Source: Candidatus Magasanikiibacteriota bacterium (GTDB taxonomy: Bacteria; Patescibacteriota; Patescibacteriia; Magasanikbacterales; UBA922). From it: a DNA stretch of 64,000 nt. Positions 27,301 to 37,406 of this stretch are shown one piece after another (position 1 is the first letter of the stretch; the number at the start of each line of letters is the position of its first letter). A program made the position numbers and the translations under genes. The DNA lies in NCBI GenBank assembly GCA_041674805.1, contig JBAYVA010000001.1:198612-262611 (forward strand), written 5' to 3'. Below the pieces are notes generated by a model. It was not told the origin of the DNA. It did no database searches and saw only the letters and a list, made by a program, of their open reading frames with translations.

Positions 27301-29244
27301 TTAGGCTTGTTGATATTTGAAAGATTTTTTCATAGCTTTCCAGAAAACTTCTTTATTGACACAATGTGGATTGCTACCATCACAATCTTTATTTTCTAAG
27401 ATATTGCCATATTTAGCAAAAGTATTTTTGTCTTCGTACATATATGGATCTTTTTGCAAGTTTGCTGTGACTGCTGCGTGAGCTTTGTCTACGTCACCAC
27501 CAGCTTTGCCTAATTCTTCTTCCATACCAAGATTGTAGGCACGGACAAGACCACGAAACTCAGCTGATTTGGCTTCTTTTTGGACTGTTTCAAGTGCTTC
27601 GCCAAGTATAGCTGCAGTTGGTGCTGAGGCAGGGGAATCGACAAGGTCTATTAGTTCTCCGAAAGCGGCTTTTTTGGCCTCGTCTGTTATTTTGTCAATG
27701 ATATCATCTTTTATTTGATCTTTTATGCGACCTGTTTCTCTATCGAAGTCTTGTTGCTCTTGGCTTAATCCTTTGTCTATAGCCGCTTGCCTTTCAAGCA
27801 TTCTTTCATAAAATAGCAATGATTCATCGTATTTCTTTTCTTTTTCTGTTGGATTAGAATTCCAGAATTTCAAATAATCTTTGGCATTGCCCAGTTTTTC
27901 ATTCCAACGAAGTTTTGCCATTTCTGTTGGATCCATATTTTCTATATCATTTTTTGGATCATTTTTGTAAGCGAGCATTTCACTAATAGCTTTATATTCT
28001 TTGTCACTAAGCTTTTCACCTTTATCACGCAAACTATCGTTTAGAGCTGTCAGTGAATTTTTGGTTTTCTCGTCTATTTTTCCGGTAGCGTAGTCTATAG
28101 CTGTTTGTTTGTTCATTGGGTCGGTGAGAGATTCGTATTCTTTTTTGTTTTTATCGTTGATTACTTCCATGTAATCTGCCTTGGTCTTTTCTAAACCGTC
28201 TAATTGTTTTTGTAAATCAGCGTCTGGATTGTCAGCCAATTCTTTTTTCAAAAATTCTATTTGTTCGTCTATTTCAATGACTTTTCCAGGATAGATAGAT
28301 GGTCCAACTTGTGAAATACAAGATGCTTTGTCAGCACCTGTTAAGGCGACACAACCAGAAGGGTTTTGAAATTTGACAGAGGTATTCAAAATACATTCTT
28401 CTTTGGTATAAGAGTAAAGTCCACCTTTTATTTTGTCACAAGCACCAAGGTCGCCAGTATTTTCAGCAATACGTAGATAACATTTGTCTTTTGGTGGGTT
28501 GGAACCAGAATCACTGAAATCTTCGCCTTTTATTTTTTCACAGGTATCGCCAGAGCCTCCTTGAATAGCAGCATTTTGCAAACAATGATCAGGATTGTCA
28601 AAGAAACTACAAGCCCATTCATTTATATTACTGACACAACCTGTAAGAAATAGGGGGGCTATCATGATAGTCGCAACTAAAGCAGATTTTTTGGCCATAG
28701 TTTTGCTTAGTACAGTTTTGACAATGATTATCAAAGTCCAAATAGCGAGTAACCAAAACAAAAATTTGGTGGTAGACAATAGTGGCACGCCGATATAATA
28801 AATCACGCCTCTACCAATGTCAGTATATTTATTTTCAAAATATACCAGTTGTCTAGCAAAAAAGTACCAAGGTAAAGTCATTAGTAAGGCAATAACTGGG
28901 AAAATTAGTTTGCAAGTTTTTAGTTTGGTTTTTTTCAAAATAAAATAAACAATGTAACCACCAAGCATAGAGATAAATCCTAGTGCCAGTCCAGCAAAAA
29001 TACTATACTTACTAAAAATTTTAGTTATACGAGCGTCGGTAATATCAGCGTATTTGATACTTGCCAAATCATAAGCAAAAAAATAAAAAAGACCGCCAAA
29101 CAGAATCAAAAATAAAAAAGGCATAAGAGCAGAATGTAGAAAACATTTCTTTGGCTTTTTTTCTTTCTTTATTTCGGGAATTTCTTCCACTTTTGAATCC
29201 TCTTTTGTTTCCTCTTGAATTGCTTCATTATTTTCTTCTTCCAT
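27301..29244 (-). CDS. Large hypothetical membrane protein (N-terminal multi-TM domain, Cys-rich extracytoplasmic region, acidic coiled C-terminal half)
   Basis: Long ORF with TM segments; no recognisable catalytic motif. Confidence 0.45.
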   Translation of the reverse strand: MEEENNEAIQEETKEDSKVEEIPEIKKEKKPKKCFLHSALMPFLFLILFGGLFYFFAYDLASIKYADITDARITKIFSKYSIFAGLALGFISMLGGYIVYFILKKTKLKTCKLIFPVIALLMTLPWYFFARQLVYFENKYTDIGRGVIYYIGVPLLSTTKFLFWLLAIWTLIIIVKTVLSKTMAKKSALVATIMIAPLFLTGCVSNINEWACSFFDNPDHCLQNAAIQGGSGDTCEKIKGEDFSDSGSNPPKDKCYLRIAENTGDLGACDKIKGGLYSYTKEECILNTSVKFQNPSGCVALTGADKASCISQVGPSIYPGKVIEIDEQIEFLKKELADNPDADLQKQLDGLEKTKADYMEVINDKNKKEYESLTDPMNKQTAIDYATGKIDEKTKNSLTALNDSLRDKGEKLSDKEYKAISEMLAYKNDPKNDIENMDPTEMAKLRWNEKLGNAKDYLKFWNSNPTEKEKKYDESLLFYERMLERQAAIDKGLSQEQQDFDRETGRIKDQIKDDIIDKITDEAKKAAFGELIDLVDSPASAPTAAILGEALETVQKEAKSAEFRGLVRAYNLGMEEELGKAGGDVDKAHAAVTANLQKDPYMYEDKNTFAKYGNILENKDCDGSNPHCVNKEVFWKAMKKSFKYQQA

Positions 29245-29428
29245 ATGATTTGGTTTAACTACCTTAGTGTAAAATAGGGTAGGGGTGAGTAAGTGATATA
29301 TATATTGCCTTTTGTTTTCTGAAAGAAAATCATTTTTCTATAAAATAAATTCATTTTTTCTCAATATTAGAGGGGGGCAAGAGGGGAAATTAAAGGGGGG
29401 TGAATTACAATTTTTCAACCCTTTTTAA

Positions 29429-30418
29429 CTAAACATTTAAAGCAAAAAGTTCGTCGAGAGTTTTTGACTGAGCGATTGCTCTTTGTGTTTTGATATGGTC
29501 TCCGTATTTTCTTTGAATTTTTTTCACTGTTTCAACAATACGGCCAGTTAATTGTCCATATTCATCGAAGGTCATTTTTTTAGCAGCTTTTTCAGAATAA
29601 TGTGCATAATAGTCATCTTCGCCTTTGCCACTCCAAATACTTGCTCGCATATCATCCCATAGCTTATCTGATCCTTCCTTATATCTTCCTTCAACAATAG
29701 TTTCCCAATAGTAAGCAAACACTTCTTCCAAAATGCCATCGTAGCCTTCTCGTCGGCCAAGATGCGGGTCTATTGTGTGTCTTATTTCGTGCCCGATATA
29801 CTTATTACCTGGTGCTGCAACTATTAGTTTTATTCTGGCTTTTTTACCGCTTTCAACTTCAATATCTAGGTCGGTAACAAAACCTCGTGTTGTAATTTCT
29901 CCATGGACATCAAAATCCGTTGAGCCAGTAAGTGCAATATAAAAATTTTTGAATGCTTCGTTGGTTCTAAATATAAAAACTGGCCTGTTGATTTCTCGAC
30001 CTGCTATTGTTGAGGCTGATTCGGATTTTGCAATTTTTAAATCAAGCTCATCAAGAAGTTCAATGTTTAAAGAACCTCGACCTGTATCGCTTAAACCGCT
30101 ATTCACAAGATTGATTAGTAACTCTTTGGTTTTATGCGAGCCTTGTTCTATTTCAATCTTGGAAAGAGTTGTCCATAATTTTTTGTAGGCTGCTTCTCTT
30201 TCTTCATCTATTAAAATTTCTGGATTTTTCAGCCCAAGTTTTTCTCGTATAGTGTCTATTTTTTTAGCATTTGTTGCTCTTATTACTTCTTCATGGCTTA
30301 TATTTTTGGCTCGAGCTTCTGACGATACTGTTTCTCTTGGTGGACTTTTAACTGTAGTTGGTTCATTTTTTCGAGGTTCTTCCGCCATTTTGTCCCAGTC
30401 TTCTTTTGTTTCTGCCAT
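29429..30418 (-). CDS. Hypothetical protein with an HExxH motif (IGHEIRH)
   Basis: ORF; a possible metallopeptidase-like motif only. Confidence 0.4.
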   Translation of the reverse strand: MAETKEDWDKMAEEPRKNEPTTVKSPPRETVSSEARAKNISHEEVIRATNAKKIDTIREKLGLKNPEILIDEEREAAYKKLWTTLSKIEIEQGSHKTKELLINLVNSGLSDTGRGSLNIELLDELDLKIAKSESASTIAGREINRPVFIFRTNEAFKNFYIALTGSTDFDVHGEITTRGFVTDLDIEVESGKKARIKLIVAAPGNKYIGHEIRHTIDPHLGRREGYDGILEEVFAYYWETIVEGRYKEGSDKLWDDMRASIWSGKGEDDYYAHYSEKAAKKMTFDEYGQLTGRIVETVKKIQRKYGDHIKTQRAIAQSKTLDELFALNV

Positions 30419-30701
30419 ATTATTGTTGTTTAATTTGTTAATTATATCTTAATTTAGGCTTAAATTCAATCAAAAAGCGTTTTTGGAGCAACTAAAGGGA
30501 GAGGAGAAAACACCATACAGAAAAGTGTAAGGGCGATAGCCTTAAAAGGAAAACATGCATTTTACATAACTGATATATAATCAGAATAACTCTTGATTTT
30601 ATCAATAAAATATAGTGTAATCAGACTATTTTTTATTCTAAATATATACCAAGATTTATAAAAATTATAACAAAAGAAATGAAATTAGGCAATTATAGTT
30701 T

Positions 30702-31082
30702 TCAATTTATTTCTTTTTTAAACCAATACTTTTCAATGATAATCACGATAGTAATTCCTATTGTATAAGTAAGTAAATCAATATAGGAAAATGAAGTTCC
30801 TAAAACAGTTTGGGCGATTTTTGATTTTTCTAGGTTTAATACTTTGATAATATTTATATATTGAAAAAATTCTATAGTGAAAGAAAAAGACAATACAAAT
30901 ATTGCAATATTCAAAACTGAAAATTTTAGAAAAGATTTCAGGAAACAATATATCAAAACAACAACTAACATATCGCCAAGATATGGTCTGATAAAATTGT
31001 CATGTACAAAAAGTGCAATCAAAATTTCGATTAAAAAAATAAAAATTGTAAGACTAAAGTATCTTTTATTGAATGTTAGCAT
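30702..31082 (-). CDS. Small hypothetical membrane protein
   Basis: ORF with 3-4 TM helices. Confidence 0.35.
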   Translation of the reverse strand: MLTFNKRYFSLTIFIFLIEILIALFVHDNFIRPYLGDMLVVVLIYCFLKSFLKFSVLNIAIFVLSFSFTIEFFQYINIIKVLNLEKSKIAQTVLGTSFSYIDLLTYTIGITIVIIIEKYWFKKEIN

Positions 31083-31120
31083 GGTGTTGGTTTGTGTAGT
31101 CGATATTTTAATATAGTTTT

Positions 31121-31516
31121 TTATTCTAGAATTTTAAATTCTTTTGTTTTTAGATTGTAAGAATAAGGTGTAGCGATTGTGTTTAAATCTCCAGCTGATT
31201 CTGGTGTGGCAAACTGCAGTTCATTACGAGTGTCATCGGTACCACGGTAGTAGACCTTGCCAATAAGGTTTTCCTTTGATATTTTTTCTTGATATAAATT
31301 ATATACTTTTGCACCTTCTGGATGCCGACCTCCACTAAGCCCCCATGATCCTTCTGTTAGCAAGAAGACCAAACCTTCATCAGTTTTTACTTCTTTAATT
31401 TGTTGTTCATCTCCAAAATCTTGTGAAAATATCGAGACAAAAAACAACATAATCCCAATTAGGATAAACACTCCTGAAAGCAGAAGGATGATTTTAGAAG
31501 TTTTATTTATTTTCAT
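31121..31516 (-). CDS. Small membrane-anchored hypothetical protein
   Basis: ORF with an N-terminal TM anchor. Confidence 0.35.
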   Translation of the reverse strand: MKINKTSKIILLLSGVFILIGIMLFFVSIFSQDFGDEQQIKEVKTDEGLVFLLTEGSWGLSGGRHPEGAKVYNLYQEKISKENLIGKVYYRGTDDTRNELQFATPESAGDLNTIATPYSYNLKTKEFKILE

Positions 31517-31672
31517 AAAAAATAATATTATTTTAACACTAAAATTATAGCAAAACTCCCTGATTTAAGCAATTATGATTAGTAGATAGAAAATATTGTA
31601 TCTTAGCTTATACACCCTGTACAAAAAGCATTTTTTCTGTTAATATAAATTTTCTCAATTGTAAATATTAGT

Positions 31673-32611
31673 ATGATATTTGATGATAGAACAAAACCAA
31701 TTCTAGCACTTGCCCCAATGGCTGACATGACGGACTGGGCTTTTGGGCAGATTTGTCGCCAGGTGGCTGGAGACGATTTTGTGATATTTCGAGAAATGGT
31801 CAGTTCAGAAGCGATTGTGAGAACAAATGAAAAAACTTTGAGAATGTGTAAATTTGATAGCAATGAACATCCTATAATTCAGCAAGTTTTTGGGGCTTAT
31901 CCTGAAGTCGTGGTCAATGCTGTCAAACTAATTGTCACAAATTACAAACCAGATGGCATTGACGTCAACATGGGTTGTCCTGTGCCGAAAATTGCTGGGA
32001 AAGCCGATTGTGGCGCTGCTCTGCTAAAAGACCCACAAAGGGCTTATGAGATTGTAAAAGCTCTAAAAAACGCAAATTTGGGCGTCACAATAAGTATCAA
32101 AACTAGATTGGGTTGGACTGAAAATGATGATATTTTGACTTTTGCGCCATTGATGGAAAGTGCTGGGGCTGATTTCATTTCTATACATGGTCGTACCAAA
32201 CAAGAAGGTTATACTGGCACAGCTGATTGGGAAAAAATTGCGCAAGTAAAAAAACTTGTTTCTATACCAGTCTTTGCTAATGGTGACGTCAAGAATCAAG
32301 CAGATATCAAACGTTGTCTGGAAATCACTGGAGCCGATGGAATTATGATTGGTAGGGGAGCGCTCGGTAATCCTTGGATTTTCAAAGGTCTGGATAGAGA
32401 AGATGTACCAAGAGATGAATTGAAACGTGTCGTGATAGCACATGCCAGACTTCATATAGAACATTATGGTGAGAGGTCTATTACCACTTTTAGAAAACAT
32501 TTAGCTTATTATTTCAAAGGTGTGGCTGGAACAAAGGATCTTAGAAGTGAACTGGTCAGAGTAACTACTTTGGAAGAATTGGAAAATATTATAAAAAAAA
32601 TCCCTGGTTAA
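31673..32611 (+). CDS. dus: tRNA-dihydrouridine synthase
   Basis: LAPMADMTDWAFGQI...NMGCPVPKI...KTRLGW Dus motifs. Confidence 0.85.
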   Translation: MIFDDRTKPILALAPMADMTDWAFGQICRQVAGDDFVIFREMVSSEAIVRTNEKTLRMCKFDSNEHPIIQQVFGAYPEVVVNAVKLIVTNYKPDGIDVNMGCPVPKIAGKADCGAALLKDPQRAYEIVKALKNANLGVTISIKTRLGWTENDDILTFAPLMESAGADFISIHGRTKQEGYTGTADWEKIAQVKKLVSIPVFANGDVKNQADIKRCLEITGADGIMIGRGALGNPWIFKGLDREDVPRDELKRVVIAHARLHIEHYGERSITTFRKHLAYYFKGVAGTKDLRSELVRVTTLEELENIIKKIPG

Positions 32612-32627
32612 GGGATTTTTTTAGTAT

Positions 32628-33158
32628 TTATTTTTCTTCTGGAAAAATTTCTCCAGGAAATTCTTGTTCTATTTTGTTTAGTAATTCCTCAGCATTTATT
32701 CCTTGTATTTTTTGATATAAATATCTTCTTCCCAGATATGTCTGTAAAAAAATTTCATCTGCAATTTGTACGATTGTGTATTTATCTATTGTTTTAGATA
32801 TTATTCTTGGATTTTCGCTTATTTGTGAATATTTTAGTAATAAATAAGGTTTTAAAAGTGTAAGAATTCTTTGCATTTTGTCTTGTGTTTCTGGAGAAAT
32901 TTTATAAGCTTTTGCTTGTTCTTCACTTTCATGTGCTGCTGTTCTGTCGTGAAGGTCTTTTACTGAGTTTCTTGTGTTTTCTAAAGTTTCTAGTTCTCTT
33001 GGAGTTAATTCTGAAGCAGCTTTTATTTCTGTTTCTGTTCTGTCGTGAAGGTCTTTTATTGTGTGTCTTGTTCTTTCTAGAGTGTCTTGTTCTCTTGGTG
33101 TTAATTTTAAAGCAGCTTTTATTGCATCTGAATCTGTTTCTCCTGGTCTATATATCAT
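32628..33158 (-). CDS. Hypothetical protein with a tandem 33-aa repeat (LTPRE.(D/E)TLE.TR...KDLHDRT)
   Basis: Nucleotide-level tandem duplication at about 32930-33130. Confidence 0.4.
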   Translation of the reverse strand: MIYRPGETDSDAIKAALKLTPREQDTLERTRHTIKDLHDRTETEIKAASELTPRELETLENTRNSVKDLHDRTAAHESEEQAKAYKISPETQDKMQRILTLLKPYLLLKYSQISENPRIISKTIDKYTIVQIADEIFLQTYLGRRYLYQKIQGINAEELLNKIEQEFPGEIFPEEK

Positions 33159-33192
33159 ATTATTAAAAATTTAAAATTTATTGTTTTTGATA

Positions 33193-33648
33193 TTATTGAT
33201 TTTTAAGTGCTTTTAATTTTGATGAGTTTTCTATTTGTCTAAATCTAGTTGCAATCGATTCTTTTAAGCTGTTTAAATCAATATTCTCGACATTTAAAAT
33301 ACCTTCACCAGTAGTATCACATAAAAATGACATTTCTCTTGGTTTTATTTTCCAAACAGAATTTGTTGAATCTATAAATAAAATACAAATTTGATTATTT
33401 ATGGTAGTTCTTATTAAGTGGCCTTCTATACCATATTTTTTAAAAGTTTCATTTTCACTAACTGAAACTTTATTTTTGATATCTATGTTCTTAAAAGTTT
33501 CTTTGATTTTATCAAAATCAATTTCTGTTGGTGATCCTTTAGAAAACAACTCTGAAAGAAAAAAATCACGTATTTTTCTTTGTACCTCTTCTTTTTGTTG
33601 ATTATCTGGACTATTTTCTAGTCTAGAAGCTGGATCTGTTTCCGGCAT
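33193..33648 (-). CDS. Hypothetical protein
   Basis: ORF only. Confidence 0.35.
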   Translation of the reverse strand: MPETDPASRLENSPDNQQKEEVQRKIRDFFLSELFSKGSPTEIDFDKIKETFKNIDIKNKVSVSENETFKKYGIEGHLIRTTINNQICILFIDSTNSVWKIKPREMSFLCDTTGEGILNVENIDLNSLKESIATRFRQIENSSKLKALKNQ

Positions 33649-33780
33649 AGTATTTATATTATTTAAATCTTAATTTAAAAATAATTAAAAAGAATTATAT
33701 GATATCTTTTTTACTAAGTTTTGATTTTTCCTCTCTTTTGTCAATAAATGTAACAGGAATTTTGGTGATTGTAAAGTTGA

Positions 33781-34608
33781 CTATTTTTTCTTCGCACAAG
33801 TTAGCAAATTTCTCATTAGTAGTGAAACAGTAATAGGTCCTACACCACCTGGAGTCGGTGTAATATAGCTAGATTTTTTGACAGCTTCTTCGAAATTAAC
33901 ATCACCATACATTTTGTTGTTTGCAAAAGCAATACCAGTATCTATAATAATTACATTTTTCTTTAGCATGTTTTTGCGTATCAAATCTTTTTTGCCAACA
34001 GCGGATATTATGACGTCAGATTTTTTGAGGATTTTTTTCAAATCTTTAGTATGTTCGTTGCAAGTTGTGACTGTCGCTTGTTTATTCAAAAGCATTATGG
34101 AAAGTGGTTTGCCGACGAGTGCTCCTGCACCAACTATAGTAATATTTTTTCCTTTGACATCAAGATTTATTGATTTGAAAATTTCAAGTACTGCTTGAGG
34201 AGTTGGGGGACTGAAGTCAGCTGTTTTCATGACTAGTTTACCAATATTGGTGTTAGTCAGACAATCGACGTCAATATCTGGGTTCACCGCATCTAGAACT
34301 TCTGGTGTAAACAAAGGTTCTGGTAGTGGAAGCTGGACTATCATACCTCGGATGTTCTTTTCTTTTTTCTGAATATCTTTGATATTTTTTACCAATTTTT
34401 CTTTTTCAATATCAGCAGGAAAACTGTAGATTTCAAAATCAATGCCAGCATATTTGGCAGCTTCTTGTTTTCTTCGTACATAAGTTTGAGATGGTTTGTC
34501 ATCCCCAACAAAAATAACAGCCAGTTTTGGTTTGAAGTCTAATTTATTTATTTCTAGTTTTACTTCGTCTAAAATAGTTTGTGCTATTTTTTTGCCATCA
34601 ATTATCAT
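33781..34608 (-). CDS. folD: Bifunctional methylenetetrahydrofolate dehydrogenase/cyclohydrolase
   Basis: MIIDGKKIAQ..., GAGALVGKPL, GGVGPITVSLLMRNLL. Confidence 0.9.
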   Translation of the reverse strand: MIIDGKKIAQTILDEVKLEINKLDFKPKLAVIFVGDDKPSQTYVRRKQEAAKYAGIDFEIYSFPADIEKEKLVKNIKDIQKKEKNIRGMIVQLPLPEPLFTPEVLDAVNPDIDVDCLTNTNIGKLVMKTADFSPPTPQAVLEIFKSINLDVKGKNITIVGAGALVGKPLSIMLLNKQATVTTCNEHTKDLKKILKKSDVIISAVGKKDLIRKNMLKKNVIIIDTGIAFANNKMYGDVNFEEAVKKSSYITPTPGGVGPITVSLLMRNLLTCAKKK

Positions 34609-34667
34609 ATAAACGCTGATTTATTAGGATTTATACGCGGATTTTTTCTGTGTCTATACGCGTTTCT

Positions 34668-35981
34668 TTAACCGAGAGTAAATTTTTCAAAATATATTTT
34701 ACTTTTTTGGATTCCAAGTTTTTTCAGTGCTTTGGTAACAATTTTCAGCATAGGTTTTGGTCCGCAAATGTAGAAATCTCTTTCTAAATAGTCTGGTACA
34801 TATTTTTTTATTTTTTCTTCGTCCATATAGCCATGTTCATCTACGCCGTTGTCTTCTTTACTCAAGACGTGAACCATTTTTACATTTTTTTCAGAAAATT
34901 GTTTTTGTTCTTTTTGAAAGATAGCATCTTGTGTAGTGTGGTGACAATTGAAAACAATAGATTCATAATTTTCATCTAGTGATTTCAAGATAGACTGTAT
35001 TGGTGTAATACCAACACCTCCAGCGATGAAGGCTAGCTTTTTGTTGTTTGTTCTTTTGGTTGTAAATATGCCGTGAGGACCATCGATGACAACTTTTGTT
35101 CCTACTTTTATATTTGCAATATCAGAAGTGAAGTCTCCTAAATTTTTTATAGTAACACGTAAAAGTTTGTCTTGAGGACTTGAAGAAAAAGAAAAAGGAT
35201 GTGCTTGTAAAAAACGTTTTTTGTCCAAGAAACGCCAAATAGCAAATTGTCCTGCTGTGTATTTGAAATTTTCTAAGTTTTTTCCAGAGATATATATAGA
35301 AATTGTTCCATTTAGTTCTGTTTCTATTTTATTTATTTCAAATTGATGTTTGTAAAAAGAATAAGCTGGCAAGAAAAAACGATAAAAAAATAAATTTACA
35401 AAAGTAAAAGTATAAAGCAAAAACCAATAAGCTTGAAAGACTATATTTTTATAAAAATCGCCGCCTATTTCCATTTGGTGTTCAAAAGCCAATAATATTG
35501 CTAAATAAGAAAACAAGTGTACTAGATACCAGGTTTCGTATTTTAATTTTTTGAAAACAATGACTAGGGAAGATACAAAAACAAAAGTAAATATGAAGAC
35601 AGAAACAATTGCAGGAAGAAGTTCCCAATATTTGATGAAATTTAGTGTTTGTTCTAGAAAAGATATTTGACCACCAATAGCATAGCCAAAAATTACAAAA
35701 AAACCGTGAGCAAAAACAAAAAATATAGTCAAAAATGCAGAAAGGCGATGTGCATAAGACAATTTGTCGAAACCATAACTTTTTTCAATCCATTTTGTAC
35801 GACCAATAAGTAAAAGTTGGATCAAAACAAAAAAGACAGATAATAAGCCAGTAATTCTAGCGACAGAAATAAAAGCTTCTGACTGGTTATCAAAAAGCAT
35901 CGTACCAGAATTAGCCCACCAAAAATAGCAAATAATTCCAAGATTTAGTAACAAAAATAGATTTAATAATGTTTTTTTCAT
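34668..35981 (-). CDS. Ferric-reductase-like transmembrane domain fused to an FAD/NAD(P)-binding (FNR-type) domain (NOX-like oxidoreductase)
   Basis: Six TM helices with His residues, HPFSFSSSP (FAD), FIAGGVGITP (NAD). Confidence 0.65.
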   Translation of the reverse strand: MKKTLLNLFLLLNLGIICYFWWANSGTMLFDNQSEAFISVARITGLLSVFFVLIQLLLIGRTKWIEKSYGFDKLSYAHRLSAFLTIFFVFAHGFFVIFGYAIGGQISFLEQTLNFIKYWELLPAIVSVFIFTFVFVSSLVIVFKKLKYETWYLVHLFSYLAILLAFEHQMEIGGDFYKNIVFQAYWFLLYTFTFVNLFFYRFFLPAYSFYKHQFEINKIETELNGTISIYISGKNLENFKYTAGQFAIWRFLDKKRFLQAHPFSFSSSPQDKLLRVTIKNLGDFTSDIANIKVGTKVVIDGPHGIFTTKRTNNKKLAFIAGGVGITPIQSILKSLDENYESIVFNCHHTTQDAIFQKEQKQFSEKNVKMVHVLSKEDNGVDEHGYMDEEKIKKYVPDYLERDFYICGPKPMLKIVTKALKKLGIQKSKIYFEKFTLG

Positions 35982-36082
35982 AGTTTAATTGCAATAAAGT
36001 GTTTAATTACGGACCTATTATATACTTTCTAGGCTAAAATATCAAGTATAATTTTAAATAAACTTATTTTTTTAACTATAAT

Positions 36083-37294
36083 TTAGAGTCTATTATTCTT
36101 ACAAATATCTTGATAATAGATAGCCGAAGGTCGGGGACTGCGTTTGAAATTTTGGAAATCTACCTCGTAGAGTCCAAAATGAGGATGAAAGCCTTCTGCC
36201 CATTCAAAATTGTCGATGAGAGACCAATGAAAATAGCCTTTTAAATCTACACCATCTGCAATAGCTTGATGCATATTTTTGATTATTTCTCCTATATACC
36301 AAGAACGATGTTGATCACCTCTGTCAGCTAAGCCATTTTCGGTGATGTAAATTGGTTTATTGTATTTTTTCAAATCTTTTAGCAAATGATAAATGCCTTC
36401 GGGATGAAGACCCCAGCCTAAGTCAGAAAATTTTTCATATTTGTGATCAGAGACAAAACCATAATTTATTTTGCTGTGAAAATAATAATTGAGGCCGATG
36501 AAATCTTGTTTGTCTTTTATTTTATTTAAGAAACGAAAATTCCACCACCAATCAGCTGTTAGTTTCAATAATTTGTTTACAAATTTGTTTTGATAAGCTT
36601 CAAAGTAAATATTTTGTTTGGCTATACCTATTTGGCAATTGGGATCAAGTTTTTTGATAGTATCATAAATTGTCTTGTGTGCTTTTATTAAATTATTTAC
36701 TACTAAATAATATTTTAAAGGACTTTTTTCTTGTGGAGGCCAGACACCAGTTAGATAACTATTAGCAGCATAAACCATTGGTTCATTGAGCGTAATCCAA
36801 AAGTTTACTTCAGGATTTAAATATTTTACAACGTGTTCTACAAATTCGTTGAAATGTTTGATTATTTTTTTCGAAGTCCAACCACCTTCAGCTTTTGCCC
36901 AAAGGGGGATTGGCCAGTGCCAGAGTGTGACAAAAGGTTCAATATTGTGAGCACGAAGTTTTTTTAGTAAATTCAAATAATATTCTAAAGCTTTTTCATC
37001 AAATTTACCTTTTTCTGGTTCGATTCTTGACCAATCAATTGAAAAACGATAAGAATTGGCATTTAGTTCTTTTAAACAATTGATATCTGCATTGTTGTCT
37101 TCAAAAGAATTAGCTGCTTGTCCAGAAATAAAATCAAAAGGATTAAGATTTTTGTTTTTGAGTTCTTTTATTCTATTTTCAGATTTTTCCCATTCTGTCC
37201 AATCATTATTTAATCCACCTTCTATTTGGTGAGCAGAAGTAGAACAACCCCAAAAAAAATCTTTGGGAAATTTTAGTTCATTTTTATTAGGCAT
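36083..37294 (-). CDS. Glycoside hydrolase family 1 beta-glucosidase
   Basis: TLNEPMVY (acid/base NEP) and YITENGLAD (nucleophile ENG). Confidence 0.8.
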   Translation of the reverse strand: MPNKNELKFPKDFFWGCSTSAHQIEGGLNNDWTEWEKSENRIKELKNKNLNPFDFISGQAANSFEDNNADINCLKELNANSYRFSIDWSRIEPEKGKFDEKALEYYLNLLKKLRAHNIEPFVTLWHWPIPLWAKAEGGWTSKKIIKHFNEFVEHVVKYLNPEVNFWITLNEPMVYAANSYLTGVWPPQEKSPLKYYLVVNNLIKAHKTIYDTIKKLDPNCQIGIAKQNIYFEAYQNKFVNKLLKLTADWWWNFRFLNKIKDKQDFIGLNYYFHSKINYGFVSDHKYEKFSDLGWGLHPEGIYHLLKDLKKYNKPIYITENGLADRGDQHRSWYIGEIIKNMHQAIADGVDLKGYFHWSLIDNFEWAEGFHPHFGLYEVDFQNFKRSPRPSAIYYQDICKNNRL

Positions 37295-37406
37295 AGTATT
37301 TTGTTTATAGATTATATTTTACTGCAAAAGACGCAATTAGTAAATAATTTATTTTTTAAACAAAAACATCGTCTGTTAGGACGATGTTTTTGATTATACA
37401 AAATAT

